A stretch of 64,000 nucleotides of DNA, from contig JACKPT010000007.1 in the NCBI GenBank assembly GCA_024233345.1, positions 51,434-115,433 on the forward strand, written 5' to 3'. Every line of letters begins with the position of its first letter. The stretch's first letter is position 1. The translations under genes were made by a program, and so were the position numbers. Positions 40,197 through 49,146 of the stretch are shown here, piece after piece. A model generated the notes under the pieces. The model was not told where the DNA came from, ran no database searches, and saw nothing but the letters and a program-made list of their open reading frames with translations. This DNA is from Verrucomicrobiota bacterium (GTDB taxonomy: Bacteria; Verrucomicrobiota; Kiritimatiellia; CAIVKH01).

Positions 40197-40547
40197 GAAG
40201 GTGTTCCTCCTCGGTTGCGGATACAGAATCGTGCAGAACTGTTCTCCACGCAAGAAATTAAGGAGGAGCCCAGTGGAACAGGTTCTGGCCGAAAAGACAG
40301 GACAAGAGAGGACGAATCCGTCCGTGTTTCACGTCACCCGAAGGTATCGAGTGGCTATGGTGCTGAGATGGATAATTGAACGGCCTGATCTTTGGCAATC
40401 CACTGGTGACCGATCTAGGTTTCCTGGTCAAAGATATCCCCACTGGCCAGTACGGCGTATTGTTTCTGCGCGGGATGTGACTGGTTGATGTCGCGCCAGA
40501 TAATGGAGACCTGACCGTCGATAGCGGCCCAAACGATATTAGGCAGC

Positions 40548-41105
40548 TTATTTTGCGGCCAGATACACGTCCAGTATCTGTTGGCACTTTTGGGCTTTTT
40601 CGCCCTTGACCCTTGTATAAAGGTCTTGTGTCCTACCACCGAATGGATCTGTCTTGAATTCCACAACAAGCTCATCGTTCTCGATTATCACAAGTTCCAT
40701 ATCTTGCCCGCCGTACACAACGGCTCTGCCATCTACGCTCTCCGTATTGTCTGAAAGGGAGACAACCGGCTTGATGGCATATTCAGCACTAATCTCCTCG
40801 TTTTGATAAAAGTCATAGATCCAATACATGTTGTGATCGGCGATGATAAAAATATGGCCAGAACGGTCTTCCCAGAAGTGGCCTGCAATATCAGCCATGG
40901 TTGGCTCCGCAATGTTCATGACTTCATCTTCAGAATGCTCTGTCGCCTTGGTCCTATTCATGCTGTTTGTGATGGAAGCCCTGGTCGCATCGACGAGTCC
41001 ACCAGCGTCTTTTATCAACTCGTCTACGTCCTTCCCGCTGAAGTAGATGTACGCTCCCCCTGCGATTCCCAGCACGACAATTGATCCGATTAGCTTTTTG
41101 ATCAT
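40548..41105 (-). CDS. Hypothetical membrane-anchored protein (orphan, A/T-richer composition)
   Basis: ATG 41105 follows AAGAAGGA. N-terminal TM IKKLIGSIVVLGIAGGAYIYF, then an acidic ~150-aa domain with no motif I recognise. Codon usage is visibly less GC3-rich than neighbouring genes. Confidence 0.55.
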   Translation of the reverse strand: MIKKLIGSIVVLGIAGGAYIYFSGKDVDELIKDAGGLVDATRASITNSMNRTKATEHSEDEVMNIAEPTMADIAGHFWEDRSGHIFIIADHNMYWIYDFYQNEEISAEYAIKPVVSLSDNTESVDGRAVVYGGQDMELVIIENDELVVEFKTDPFGGRTQDLYTRVKGEKAQKCQQILDVYLAAK

Positions 41106-41254
41106 GACGATATCCTTCTTGAGTTGGTTTCGGTGGCATGGGAAACAGATGTTGTGTCCGCACGCACCGTCTTCCTGACTTGTTGTGACTAATTTGGATG
41201 TCTGGCCGCCACCTGTCCATGAATATCTCTGTCCCCAATTCTCCTTCAGGGTGA

Positions 41255-41294
41255 GAAACATCGGCACCCCGAAGGAAACATCGGCACCCCGAAG
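41255..41294. repeat. Perfect 20-bp tandem duplication
   Basis: GAAACATCGGCACCCCGAAG occurs at 41255-41274 and again at 41275-41294, in the spacer between tRNA-Glu and the orphan gene. Confidence 0.95.
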
Positions 41295-41428
41295 TAGAAG
41301 CCCTCACTGCGTTCGGCCTTCACTTCAGGGTAGCCATGAAGCAGAGGCTCTTGCTTCTTCGGGAAATCGGACCGGATTGGTCATTCTTGGCGTTTGCGCC
41401 TGCCATGAAGTGAGGCGAGTCATCGAGC

Positions 41429-41504
41429 CTCTACTTGATGGCACCCCCAACGGGATTCGAACCCGTGTTACCAGGATGAGAACCTGGCGTCCTAGGCCTC
41501 TAGA
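41429..41504 (-). tRNA. tRNA-Glu (anticodon CUC), CCA encoded
   Basis: The reverse complement reads GCCCCCATCGTCTAGAGGCCTAGGACGCCAGGTTCTCATCCTGGTAACACGGGTTCGAATCCCGTTGGGGGTGCCA. It is colinear with E. coli tRNA-Glu (TCGTCTAGAGGCC.AGGAC D-arm, GGTTCGAATCC T-arm). Anticodon stem CCAGG/CCTGG with loop TTCTCAT. G1-U72 wobble pair. Confidence 0.95.
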
Positions 41505-41652
41505 CGATGGGGGCAGTTGTGGATCTAGGAGGGGAAACGCTAGTCGATGCAGAGACGGATTTCAATAGGAATATGCCGAATATGTTCATCGTTTTCTCCC
41601 GCAGAGCGGGAATGTATGAACGGGCTTTTTTTTTGAAAAAAATGGCGGTAGA

Positions 41653-42654
41653 ATGCCCGGTATGGTTGAGCAGAAACAGAAGCTGCATCCCCTCCGTTTC
41701 GAGCCGGTGTACCAAAACTACCTGTGGGGCGGTCGCCGTATTGCCGATCAGTACGGCCGAACACCTCCGGGGGGAGCCTGCGCGGAATCCTGGGAGGTGT
41801 CAGACCGGGATGACGGGATGAGTGTGGTGGCGGAAGGGCCGCTCGCCGGAACCGCGTTGCGAGGGTTGATGCAGGAGCAGGCAGAGGCCATCCTCGGGCC
41901 GGGAGCGGTTCCGGGACAACGGTTTCCTTTGTTGGTCAAGATTCTCGATGCCCATCAGGATCTGAGTGTACAGGTCCATCCGGATGACCAGACCGCCGCC
42001 GCGGTGGGCGGTGAGGCGAAATCCGAGATGTGGTTTTTGCTGGATGCCGCCGCAGGCGCTGCGATCTACCGGGGTCTGAAACCGGGGACCACCCGTGAAG
42101 GGATGGAACAGGCATTGGCAGGGGGCGATCCGGAGCGAGTTTTGATACGCCTGCCGGTCAGCCGGGATGATGCGGTCTATATTCCGGGCGGGACCGTTCA
42201 CGCCATCGGTGCGGGTTGTCTGATCCTGGAAGTCCAGCAAAACTCCAATACCACTTACCGCATTCATGATTGGGGACGCACCGGCCCGGATGGGAAGCCA
42301 CGGGATGTTCATTTGGATCAGGCGGCCAGGGTAATTCACTGGTCGCAATCGTTACCGGATCTGGCCCGGCCAACCGTGGATGTCATTGGGGAGGGCTATG
42401 CGATTGAGCGTGTGCTGGCGACGGAGTACTTCACGGTTGGCCGCCTGAGGGTGGATACCCGCTATTCGTGGGCTCCGGATTCGCAGGGGATGGCGATGCT
42501 GTTTGTGCAGGAGGGGACCGGGCAGCTTACGGCAGGCGACTTCGAAGCGGAACTGAAGCCCGGATGCACCTGGTTGATTCCAGCCTGCCTTGATCAGTGC
42601 GAGGTGACCCCATGCGGGGAGGCCATGCGCCTGGTCACAATTTCTCTGCCATGA
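41653..42654 (+). CDS. manA: Mannose-6-phosphate isomerase, type I
   Basis: LHPLRFEPVYQNYLWGG, ESWEVSD, LLVKILDAHQDLSVQVHPDD, KSEMWFLLD, GTVHAIGAG. 333 aa (ATG 41662 is also possible). Confidence 0.85.
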   Translation: MPGMVEQKQKLHPLRFEPVYQNYLWGGRRIADQYGRTPPGGACAESWEVSDRDDGMSVVAEGPLAGTALRGLMQEQAEAILGPGAVPGQRFPLLVKILDAHQDLSVQVHPDDQTAAAVGGEAKSEMWFLLDAAAGAAIYRGLKPGTTREGMEQALAGGDPERVLIRLPVSRDDAVYIPGGTVHAIGAGCLILEVQQNSNTTYRIHDWGRTGPDGKPRDVHLDQAARVIHWSQSLPDLARPTVDVIGEGYAIERVLATEYFTVGRLRVDTRYSWAPDSQGMAMLFVQEGTGQLTAGDFEAELKPGCTWLIPACLDQCEVTPCGEAMRLVTISLP

Positions 42655-43532
42655 ACCGCAATTCGGTTCCAGGGTGGGCCGGGTGTTTCCGCCGCTGGCT
42701 GGCGGTGGTGGCCGTTTCTGTAGTGATTGCCTGTTCCCATCAGTCGGTTGATTTTCCATTGCATCCCAACCTGCCCGAAAACCTGCGGTCCTTTCTCTTA
42801 CGCCATGCCAACACTTGGGAAATGGCCGGCGACGGTTCCCTGATTGCAGCCGGGGAGGGGCCGGATGCTACAATCAACACCCTCGAGGAAGCGCGGCTGG
42901 TCCTGTCTTTTTATCGGGAGTGGTTTCCGGAGGCTCCCCCCTCCATCACCCTGTTCATCCTTCATGCATCCGAGCCGGAATGGAGGCAACTGGTGGCCAA
43001 AGAGGGATTGCGTCCGGATGGGATTGCCTTTCACGCCCCCGGCCTGTTGGTGATCAAAGAAGATGTCGATCAGAATCTGCGTCCGGACCGGCTACCGCAT
43101 GAATTGATCCATGCGATCCTTTCAGAACAATTTCCGGAATCCATCCCCCTGTGGCTGGATGAGGGGTGGGCTGGCTTCTACGGATGGGAGTTGGTCCGGG
43201 CGGCCAGTGACGGGTCGGCGAACTGGACCCGGCGCCGCCCCGCGATCGAGGAAATCCTGCCTTATGGACTGGATGAGCTTTCGGCGATCACCACCTATCC
43301 GGAACATCCAGAGGCGGCCCGGATGTTCTACCGGGAATCCGAGGAAGTGATCCGGGCGCTTGAAGAGGAGCTCGGTCGAACCGCGATGGGGCGGTTCCTC
43401 GACATGGCGGTACGGCAACCCATGCCGCTATCCAGGCTTCTGATCGAACGGTGGGGATGGCATGAACAAAAAGTTCGCGCATTGGAGTGGCGTGTGCAAC
43501 AACGTTGCCGGATGCCCAGAATTTTGCGATAG
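42651..43532 (+). CDS. Lipoprotein with a peptidase-MA-like HExxH motif
   Basis: ATG 42651 overlaps the manA stop (ATGA). Lipobox-like VVIAC. LPHELIHAILSEQFPESIPLWLDEGWAGFYG resembles the Peptidase_MA_2 pattern (HExxH...WxxEG). Confidence 0.6.
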   Translation: MNRNSVPGWAGCFRRWLAVVAVSVVIACSHQSVDFPLHPNLPENLRSFLLRHANTWEMAGDGSLIAAGEGPDATINTLEEARLVLSFYREWFPEAPPSITLFILHASEPEWRQLVAKEGLRPDGIAFHAPGLLVIKEDVDQNLRPDRLPHELIHAILSEQFPESIPLWLDEGWAGFYGWELVRAASDGSANWTRRRPAIEEILPYGLDELSAITTYPEHPEAARMFYRESEEVIRALEEELGRTAMGRFLDMAVRQPMPLSRLLIERWGWHEQKVRALEWRVQQRCRMPRILR

Positions 43533-43558
43533 TGCGCTCTGCGAAACAACGGTCAATC

Positions 43559-44677
43559 ATGGCAAAAGAATCCCCCTCCATTTGGTTTATTGCCGGCACC
43601 GATGACTATGAGGTCAGCCGGGCGCTCAAGGAAACCATTCAGACCCTGTGCCCTCCGGAGGAGCAGGCTTTCGGCCTGGAGATTGTCGATGGGGCTGCTG
43701 CCACGGTGGACGAAGCAATTGCCGCGGTGGACAGAACCCTGGAAGCCCTGCGGACCGTAGGTTTGTTTGATGCGTCCAAGCTGGTATGCCTTCGTGATGT
43801 GTCCTTTCTGACCGAGGATGATCCGGGGAAGCGGGCCACTGTCAAAGAAGCAGTCAAGCGCTTGGCCGAGGAGATCCGTCTCGGCCTACCGTCCGGGGTG
43901 AAGCTTATTGTTCATGCCTTGAAGGTGGACAAACGCTCCTCCCTGTTCAAGGCCTGCAAGGAGTGCGGGGAGCTCCGGTTGTTCGATATTCCGGAGCAGG
44001 GGTACAAGGCGGATGAATATGCCCGGGAATTTGTACACCGGCGGTTTTCCGAAGCGGGGATGAAGGTTTCGCCCGGGCTGGAAAGTCTGGTCGTCGAACG
44101 GGCTGGGGTGGATACCCGCCAGTTGGAGCAGGAGGTGGAAAAACTCCGGCTTTTCTGTGGCGAGAACCCGGTGAGCGAAGAGGCGGTATTCACCCTGGTG
44201 GCTCCTTGCCGGGAGCGGATGGGGTGGGATCTCCTGGATGAATATTCGCGGCGCGATCTCGTCAAAGCGTTGCAGCGGTTGCGTCAATTGCTGTTTATGA
44301 AGAACGAGCCGGTGGGGTTGATCATTCAATTGCAGACAAGAATCCGCGAGTTGAAAATCCTGAGGATTGCCCTGGATGAGGGCTGGCTGCGACTGGAGAA
44401 ACGCGGGAATTGGGTGTCAACTTCGTGGAGCGAGTCTCCGGAGGCCCATGCGTTTTGCGGAGGTGTGTTTCCGGATCCGCGCCGGATGAACCCTTTTCGC
44501 TGCGGCATTCTGGCCGGGTACGCCAGTCGTTACTCGGTGGACGAACTGCAGCATCACCTGGAACTGGCGGTGGAAACCCATGATCAGATGTTATCCGGGA
44601 CCGCGCCGGCGGACCTGCTGCTTGAACGGTTCTTGATTCATGCTATCCGAAAGGAACCTCATGCCCTCTATGCGTAA
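43559..44677 (+). CDS. holA: DNA polymerase III delta subunit
   Basis: ATG 43559. IWFIAGTDDYEV...VGLFDASKLVCLRDVSFL N-terminal pattern and ~370 aa length fit HolA. No Walker motif, as expected. Confidence 0.7.
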   Translation: MAKESPSIWFIAGTDDYEVSRALKETIQTLCPPEEQAFGLEIVDGAAATVDEAIAAVDRTLEALRTVGLFDASKLVCLRDVSFLTEDDPGKRATVKEAVKRLAEEIRLGLPSGVKLIVHALKVDKRSSLFKACKECGELRLFDIPEQGYKADEYAREFVHRRFSEAGMKVSPGLESLVVERAGVDTRQLEQEVEKLRLFCGENPVSEEAVFTLVAPCRERMGWDLLDEYSRRDLVKALQRLRQLLFMKNEPVGLIIQLQTRIRELKILRIALDEGWLRLEKRGNWVSTSWSESPEAHAFCGGVFPDPRRMNPFRCGILAGYASRYSVDELQHHLELAVETHDQMLSGTAPADLLLERFLIHAIRKEPHALYA

Positions 44678-45533
44678 CGGTTGCCGCCGACTTCTCCTCG
44701 TGTTTTTCCTTGCCGCCGCTGGTGCCGGTTTCGCGGATGAAACCGCGCCCGAGCCCGTCAATCCCCCCCTGTTGTGGTTCGATGTCGGAGAGCGACTGCT
44801 GTACGATATCTACTGGGGAATTATTCATGTCGCGACCACAGAGGTCACGACCCAGTGGGTGGTGGAGGAGGGGCAGCCGCTGCGGATCCGGATTACCTAC
44901 CGGACCAAGAGCAATGGGGTGATTGCCACGGTTTATCCGGTGGATGACATCCTCGAAAGTGTGATCGATGCGGAAACCTTTCTCCCGGTATCCTTTCAGA
45001 AAAAACAGAGCGAGGGCAACTACCGGTCGGACGAGTTTACGGTATTTGATCACGCCGCCGGCACCATGACCTGGCAATCCCGGCTGAATGGAAACGAGCA
45101 GACGTATCCGATCGAAGCGGATACCCGCGACCTGATCACCTTGATGTACTATTTTCGCTCCATGTCCTTTTATGTCGGCAAACAGCTCAACTTCCGGGTC
45201 ATGGCGGACGAAAAGCTCTATGATTTATACGTAGAGGTGGTGGATAAAGAGAAGATCAACCTGTCGAAGTACGGCAAGGTTCCATCCTTCCGGTTTGCCC
45301 CCCAGGCGGCCTTCCAGGGGTTGTTTGTCCGCAAGGGAAAGGTCACGTTCTGGGTGGCGGATGATGACCGGAAGTTGTGCACCCAGATCGAGGCCGAAGT
45401 CCCATTGGCCAATGTCCGCCTGAAGCTCCGTGAGGTCACCGGTCCCGGCGATGACCATTGGATTACCGATCTGAGTGACGCCGCCAAAGAAACCTCATCC
45501 CGCCGCGGAAAAATCGGCCCCCGGCGTCGATAG
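44670..45533 (+). CDS. DUF3108-like secreted/outer-membrane protein
   Basis: Signal peptide RRLLLVFFLAAAGAGFA. GERLLYDIYWGIIHVATTEV and alternating beta-strand pattern as in DUF3108. The start overlaps the holA end by 8 nt. Confidence 0.6.
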   Translation: MRNGCRRLLLVFFLAAAGAGFADETAPEPVNPPLLWFDVGERLLYDIYWGIIHVATTEVTTQWVVEEGQPLRIRITYRTKSNGVIATVYPVDDILESVIDAETFLPVSFQKKQSEGNYRSDEFTVFDHAAGTMTWQSRLNGNEQTYPIEADTRDLITLMYYFRSMSFYVGKQLNFRVMADEKLYDLYVEVVDKEKINLSKYGKVPSFRFAPQAAFQGLFVRKGKVTFWVADDDRKLCTQIEAEVPLANVRLKLREVTGPGDDHWITDLSDAAKETSSRRGKIGPRRR

Positions 45534-45564
45534 GAATCCTGTTCGCGAGGCTTGACTTCCCTCC

Positions 45565-46140
45565 ATGCGCGCCTTGGACGACAGTTTGACGGTGATTGAC
45601 TTTGAAACCACCGGAGCCATTGCCGGTTTCGAGGATGAACCGTGGCAACTGGGGATGGTTCGGGTGGAACGAGGAGTTTTGGTGATGGAGACCGGTGTGG
45701 ATCAATTACTGCGGGTGGGAGACCGGCCCTTTCATGCGTCGGCCCCGGGCCGTCACGCCCAGTTGCGGGATGCGCTTCGTGAGGCCCCGACGCTGGTTTC
45801 ACTCTGGCCGGTCTACCGGACATGGTGGGGGCGTCCGCTGGTGGCTCACAACGCTGCTACTGAAAAGAAGTGGCTGGCCAAGACCGCGCCGATGCATCCG
45901 GCTGGCCCCTGGATCGATACCCTGAAATTGTCGCGCCGCGCCTTTCCCGGCCTGTCCTCCTATGCCTTGGGCGATATCCTCCATAGCCGGGGACTGACCG
46001 ATCAGGTGTGTGCTCTCTCACCCGGTCGGACCGTGCACGATGCCCTGTTTGATGCGGTGGCTTGCGGGGTACTGCTGTTGCATATTCTGTCCTTGCCGGA
46101 ATGGACCGATCTGTCGGCAGCGGACCTGGCGAGGGTATAG
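45565..46140 (+). CDS. DEDDh 3'-5' exonuclease (DnaQ/epsilon-like)
   Basis: Exo I VIDFETTG, Exo II LVAHNAATEKKWL (Glu in place of the usual Asp), Exo III HDALFDAVA. 191 aa. Confidence 0.75.
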   Translation: MRALDDSLTVIDFETTGAIAGFEDEPWQLGMVRVERGVLVMETGVDQLLRVGDRPFHASAPGRHAQLRDALREAPTLVSLWPVYRTWWGRPLVAHNAATEKKWLAKTAPMHPAGPWIDTLKLSRRAFPGLSSYALGDILHSRGLTDQVCALSPGRTVHDALFDAVACGVLLLHILSLPEWTDLSAADLARV

Positions 46141-46146
46141 GAATGC

Positions 46147-47289
46147 TCAGCGCAGAACGGTGTGTACGGCTTCGATAACCCGATCGATTTCGCTGTCGGT
46201 CAGGGTGGTGCCGCTTGGCAGATAGACGCCTTGCCGGGCGAGGCGGCGGCTGATCGGGAATGCCTCCGGGGAGGGGCAATAACCGAGTTGATGCAGATAC
46301 GGTTGCTCATGCATCCCAAGAAAAAAGGGCCGACTGTCCACCCCGAGCGCGTGCAGCCGCTGGATCAAGGTTGCGCCATCCAGTTGGAGGCTTTCATCCA
46401 GCACTATGCCATACATCCAGTAGACATGACCGGAGTCCGGGTCGGACACCGGGTGTTGAAGACCGGGTACATCCCCGAGACCCTCCCGGTAGCGTTGGGC
46501 CAGATGCTGCTTTCGCGCCAATGATTCGTCCAATTTTTCGATCTGGGCCAGCCCAACTGCGGCCTGCAAGGCGGTGAAGCGCAGGTTGGCCCCGGGGCCG
46601 CTCGAACGGAATCGGCGTTCGGGGTCAAAGCCCAACTCCCGGTAGCGCTGGGCGGGTGCAAGAAACGCAGGGTTGTCAAACAGGATCATGCCGCCTTCAC
46701 CGGTGGTGACGATCTTGTTTGCGTAAAAACTGAAAACACTGATGTCCCCGAAACTTCCGCAGGGACGGCCCCGGTAGACCGCGCCATGGGCTTCCGCGGC
46801 ATCCTCGATCACCTTGAGCTGATGGGCTTCGGCAAGGGACAGCAGGGGATCCATGTCCACGGGGAGGCCATACATATGCACCGGCATCAGGGCTGCGGTA
46901 CGATCGGTGAGCGCGGCCCTCGCCGCGTCCGACCGGAGATTCCAGGTGATGGGGTCGACGTCAACAAACACGGGAATCAGCCCCTGGCTCAAGACCGCCC
47001 GGACACAGGAGATGATGGTGAAGTCCGGGAGAATCACCTCCGAGCCGGGAGGCAGGTTCAGGCAATGAACGGCCAGTTCCAGTGCGGCGGTCCCGTTATT
47101 GACCGCGAGTGCATGGGTCCGATGGCAATGGCTGGCCCACTGGGTTTCGAACGCGTTCACATACCCACCGCCTCCAGCCAGGCATCCCTGCGCAAGCGCC
47201 TCGCTTGCCCGGGCCTGTTCCCGGTGGTCGATCCATGGCTGGCAGACCGGGATCAAAAGAACACCTTGGCCTGGTCGCCGGGAAAACAT
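46147..47289 (-). CDS. DegT/DnrJ/EryC1/StrS-family PLP-dependent sugar aminotransferase
   Basis: PWIDHREQARASEALAQG, DAAEAHGA, SFYANKIVTTGEGGMI (PLP lysine context). 380 aa from ATG 47289, overlapping the cupin gene by 37 nt. A downstream TTG start is possible. Confidence 0.88.
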   Translation of the reverse strand: MFSRRPGQGVLLIPVCQPWIDHREQARASEALAQGCLAGGGGYVNAFETQWASHCHRTHALAVNNGTAALELAVHCLNLPPGSEVILPDFTIISCVRAVLSQGLIPVFVDVDPITWNLRSDAARAALTDRTAALMPVHMYGLPVDMDPLLSLAEAHQLKVIEDAAEAHGAVYRGRPCGSFGDISVFSFYANKIVTTGEGGMILFDNPAFLAPAQRYRELGFDPERRFRSSGPGANLRFTALQAAVGLAQIEKLDESLARKQHLAQRYREGLGDVPGLQHPVSDPDSGHVYWMYGIVLDESLQLDGATLIQRLHALGVDSRPFFLGMHEQPYLHQLGYCPSPEAFPISRRLARQGVYLPSGTTLTDSEIDRVIEAVHTVLR

Positions 47290-47672
47290 CCTGCTCTGGT
47301 CTCAACCCACTCACAATCTTCGAGCATGGTAAATGCGTGCCCGCCCTCAAGGATCAGCAGGATGTCGCCTGCCCGCATGGTAAACGCAGCGATCGGCTGG
47401 TCCTGTTGGTTGTATAACTGAACCTCGCTGGAACCCTTGCGGAGGATCAGGCATTCGGGGCAGGTCGTCAACGTCCGGGGGGCGGAGATATGCTTGTGCC
47501 GTTTGACCAGACTGCCCTGCCGGTGAACCAGCAACCCAAGTTGCTGATCCATCGCATGCCGGGTGAAGAAGGTTGTTTGTTCCGGGTGATGGTCCCCGGG
47601 GATGAGGAGGGCGGTCGGGGTGGTGCCATCCAGGAACCACGTGGGTTGGCGGGGTGAGGGCTCAGGTGTCAT
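47253..47672 (-). CDS. Small cupin protein (possibly sugar ketoisomerase-like)
   Basis: ATG 47672 (MTPEPSP). Cupin motif 1 G-SLVKR-H-K-H (G-X5-H-X-H) and motif-2-like GDILLILEGGHAF. 139 aa. The upstream part of the 236-aa ORF lies inside the preceding gene. Confidence 0.6.
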   Translation of the reverse strand: MTPEPSPRQPTWFLDGTTPTALLIPGDHHPEQTTFFTRHAMDQQLGLLVHRQGSLVKRHKHISAPRTLTTCPECLILRKGSSEVQLYNQQDQPIAAFTMRAGDILLILEGGHAFTMLEDCEWVETRAGCFPGDQAKVFF

Positions 47673-49146
47673 GGGGGGTAGTCCTGTCTTTTCCGGTAAT
47701 CCAATCACAAGCCTCGCGGTTTCGGCAATGCACTTCATCCGCTGGGTGATCCTCAAAGTCGGGCAGGGCTTCGGTGAAGATTCGGCCACAGGCCTCCCGC
47801 AGCGGTGGCGGCACAAACACGAGGTCGGCGCGATTCCAGGTCGGGCGGGTGGGTTCGATTGCGGGAAGAAACGCCCGGCGGATTCGAGCCAGGGCGCAAA
47901 AACAGGCAGAATATTCGCTGGCCCGTCGCCACAGACGGGGATGCCGCACCAGGTAGACGGCAAGACGAAATGGCGTTAGGTGGCCAAAGTACCGCACAAT
48001 TGTCTGGTGATGATCGTGGGTGATTTTTTCCTTCAGGTTTGCCGGCTTCTCCGGGTCGGGCATCCATTTGGGCTCGTACGTTTGCGCATGGAGAAGCAGG
48101 TCAACCAGGTTGATCCCCATCCATTCCGGATCGCCTCCCGCAGCCAGCGCCCCCAAACCGCAGAGCAGACACTTGGAACAGGCGCTGCAAGCACTTTGCT
48201 CCGGTCCGACCCGCCAGCAGGAGTATTGATACTTGGCCAGATCCGGATACCGCTTCCACAGGAGTGCTTGTAGGTGAACCCCATGCAGCGCGCTGGTCAT
48301 GGATCCTACGGATAGTCCCCACGGCTTGACCAGCGCATCGGCTGCGGCCAGGACCGGAAGGGCATACATGAAATGGTCGAACAAAACCAATTTGCCGTTC
48401 ACCATCCGATTCTCCGAGACTTCCCGTTCCGAAGCTATCACCACCAGTCCATAGTGGTGGAGATAAGCGGCGGCAAGGGCATGTGTCAGGTAGACGAGGG
48501 TGTCGGTCATGCAGTTCACCGGTATGGAGTAACCCTGGTGAAACGAAAACCCATTGTCCCAGTTGGCCCGGGTAGTTGCAGTTACTTCAAGCAGTTCAAA
48601 GTCCGGATGGTTGGCCATGGCCCGAAGAACTTCGCGTCTTCGCGGGGTCTGGTGATCGTTGAGCGGGGGCATGGGGGACGTGGTGGCGACAAGGAGAGGG
48701 CGGTGTCCACATTCGCGCAACAGGCCCGCCTGGACCATGCTGTCCCGCCCGCCACTGAAACAAGCGGCCACCCGCGAGTTGGCCGGAATGGGATGGGGAT
48801 CGGGCAGTATGAGATCGCCATTGATCAGTTCAACCTGCCCCTGCGGACACTGATCGTCACGGGTGGCATCGAGGGTATTGCAGACGATTTCGAGCAAGCG
48901 TTGCCATCGTGCAAATTCTGATTCGGACAAATGGCATGGCAGGCACACCTGCACCGGACGCAGCAGGCACCAATGGGTGCATTGGCCCAGCATCGCGATC
49001 AAGATCCAGAACCGTTCCGGAATCCGGTCCGCCTGTTCAAGGGCGATCCGGACCTCCGGTTCACGGTACAACGCGCCGGTACCAGACCAGCGGAGGGTGA
49101 CTCCGTCCGAAGTGATGACCGGGCGTTCGAGGCGTACCGCGTTCAT
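47662..49146 (-). CDS. Orphan PP-loop (adenine nucleotide alpha-hydrolase superfamily) protein with a Cys cluster
   Basis: SGGRDS PP-loop at aa 131-136 (nt 48739-48756). Cys cluster C310, C320-x2-C-x2-C-x2-C329 (QYSCW...SACSACSKCLLCG), reminiscent of the QueC zinc site. ~130-aa N-terminal and ~160-aa C-terminal regions carry no motif I recognise. Confidence 0.7.
   Translation of the reverse strand: MNAVRLERPVITSDGVTLRWSGTGALYREPEVRIALEQADRIPERFWILIAMLGQCTHWCLLRPVQVCLPCHLSESEFARWQRLLEIVCNTLDATRDDQCPQGQVELINGDLILPDPHPIPANSRVAACFSGGRDSMVQAGLLRECGHRPLLVATTSPMPPLNDHQTPRRREVLRAMANHPDFELLEVTATTRANWDNGFSFHQGYSIPVNCMTDTLVYLTHALAAAYLHHYGLVVIASEREVSENRMVNGKLVLFDHFMYALPVLAAADALVKPWGLSVGSMTSALHGVHLQALLWKRYPDLAKYQYSCWRVGPEQSACSACSKCLLCGLGALAAGGDPEWMGINLVDLLLHAQTYEPKWMPDPEKPANLKEKITHDHHQTIVRYFGHLTPFRLAVYLVRHPRLWRRASEYSACFCALARIRRAFLPAIEPTRPTWNRADLVFVPPPLREACGRIFTEALPDFEDHPADEVHCRNREACDWITGKDRTTPHDT

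Noticed and set aside
40415-40675. ORF whose tail (…NIVWAAIDGQVSIIWRDINQSHPAQKQYAVLASGDIFDQET) looks protein-like downstream of the orphan gene
   Set aside because: Its first half overlaps the 40548-41105 gene out of frame. The non-overlapping part has no start codon or RBS. It may be a gene remnant, but I cannot support it as a feature.
41185-41568. 127-aa plus-strand ORF across the tRNA region
   Set aside because: It runs straight through the tRNA-Glu gene on the opposite strand and through the 20-bp duplication, and shows no motif.
47673-47963. N-terminal extensions of listed ORFs. Examples: 671-940, 1796-1831, 19381-19485, 22459-22584, 25867-26067, 41106-41267, 47673-47963, 56659-56925
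   Set aside because: The extensions overlap the preceding gene or a divergent gene and are compositionally odd. They also precede internal starts that have Shine-Dalgarno sequences or stop-start overlaps and align with the expected family N-termini.
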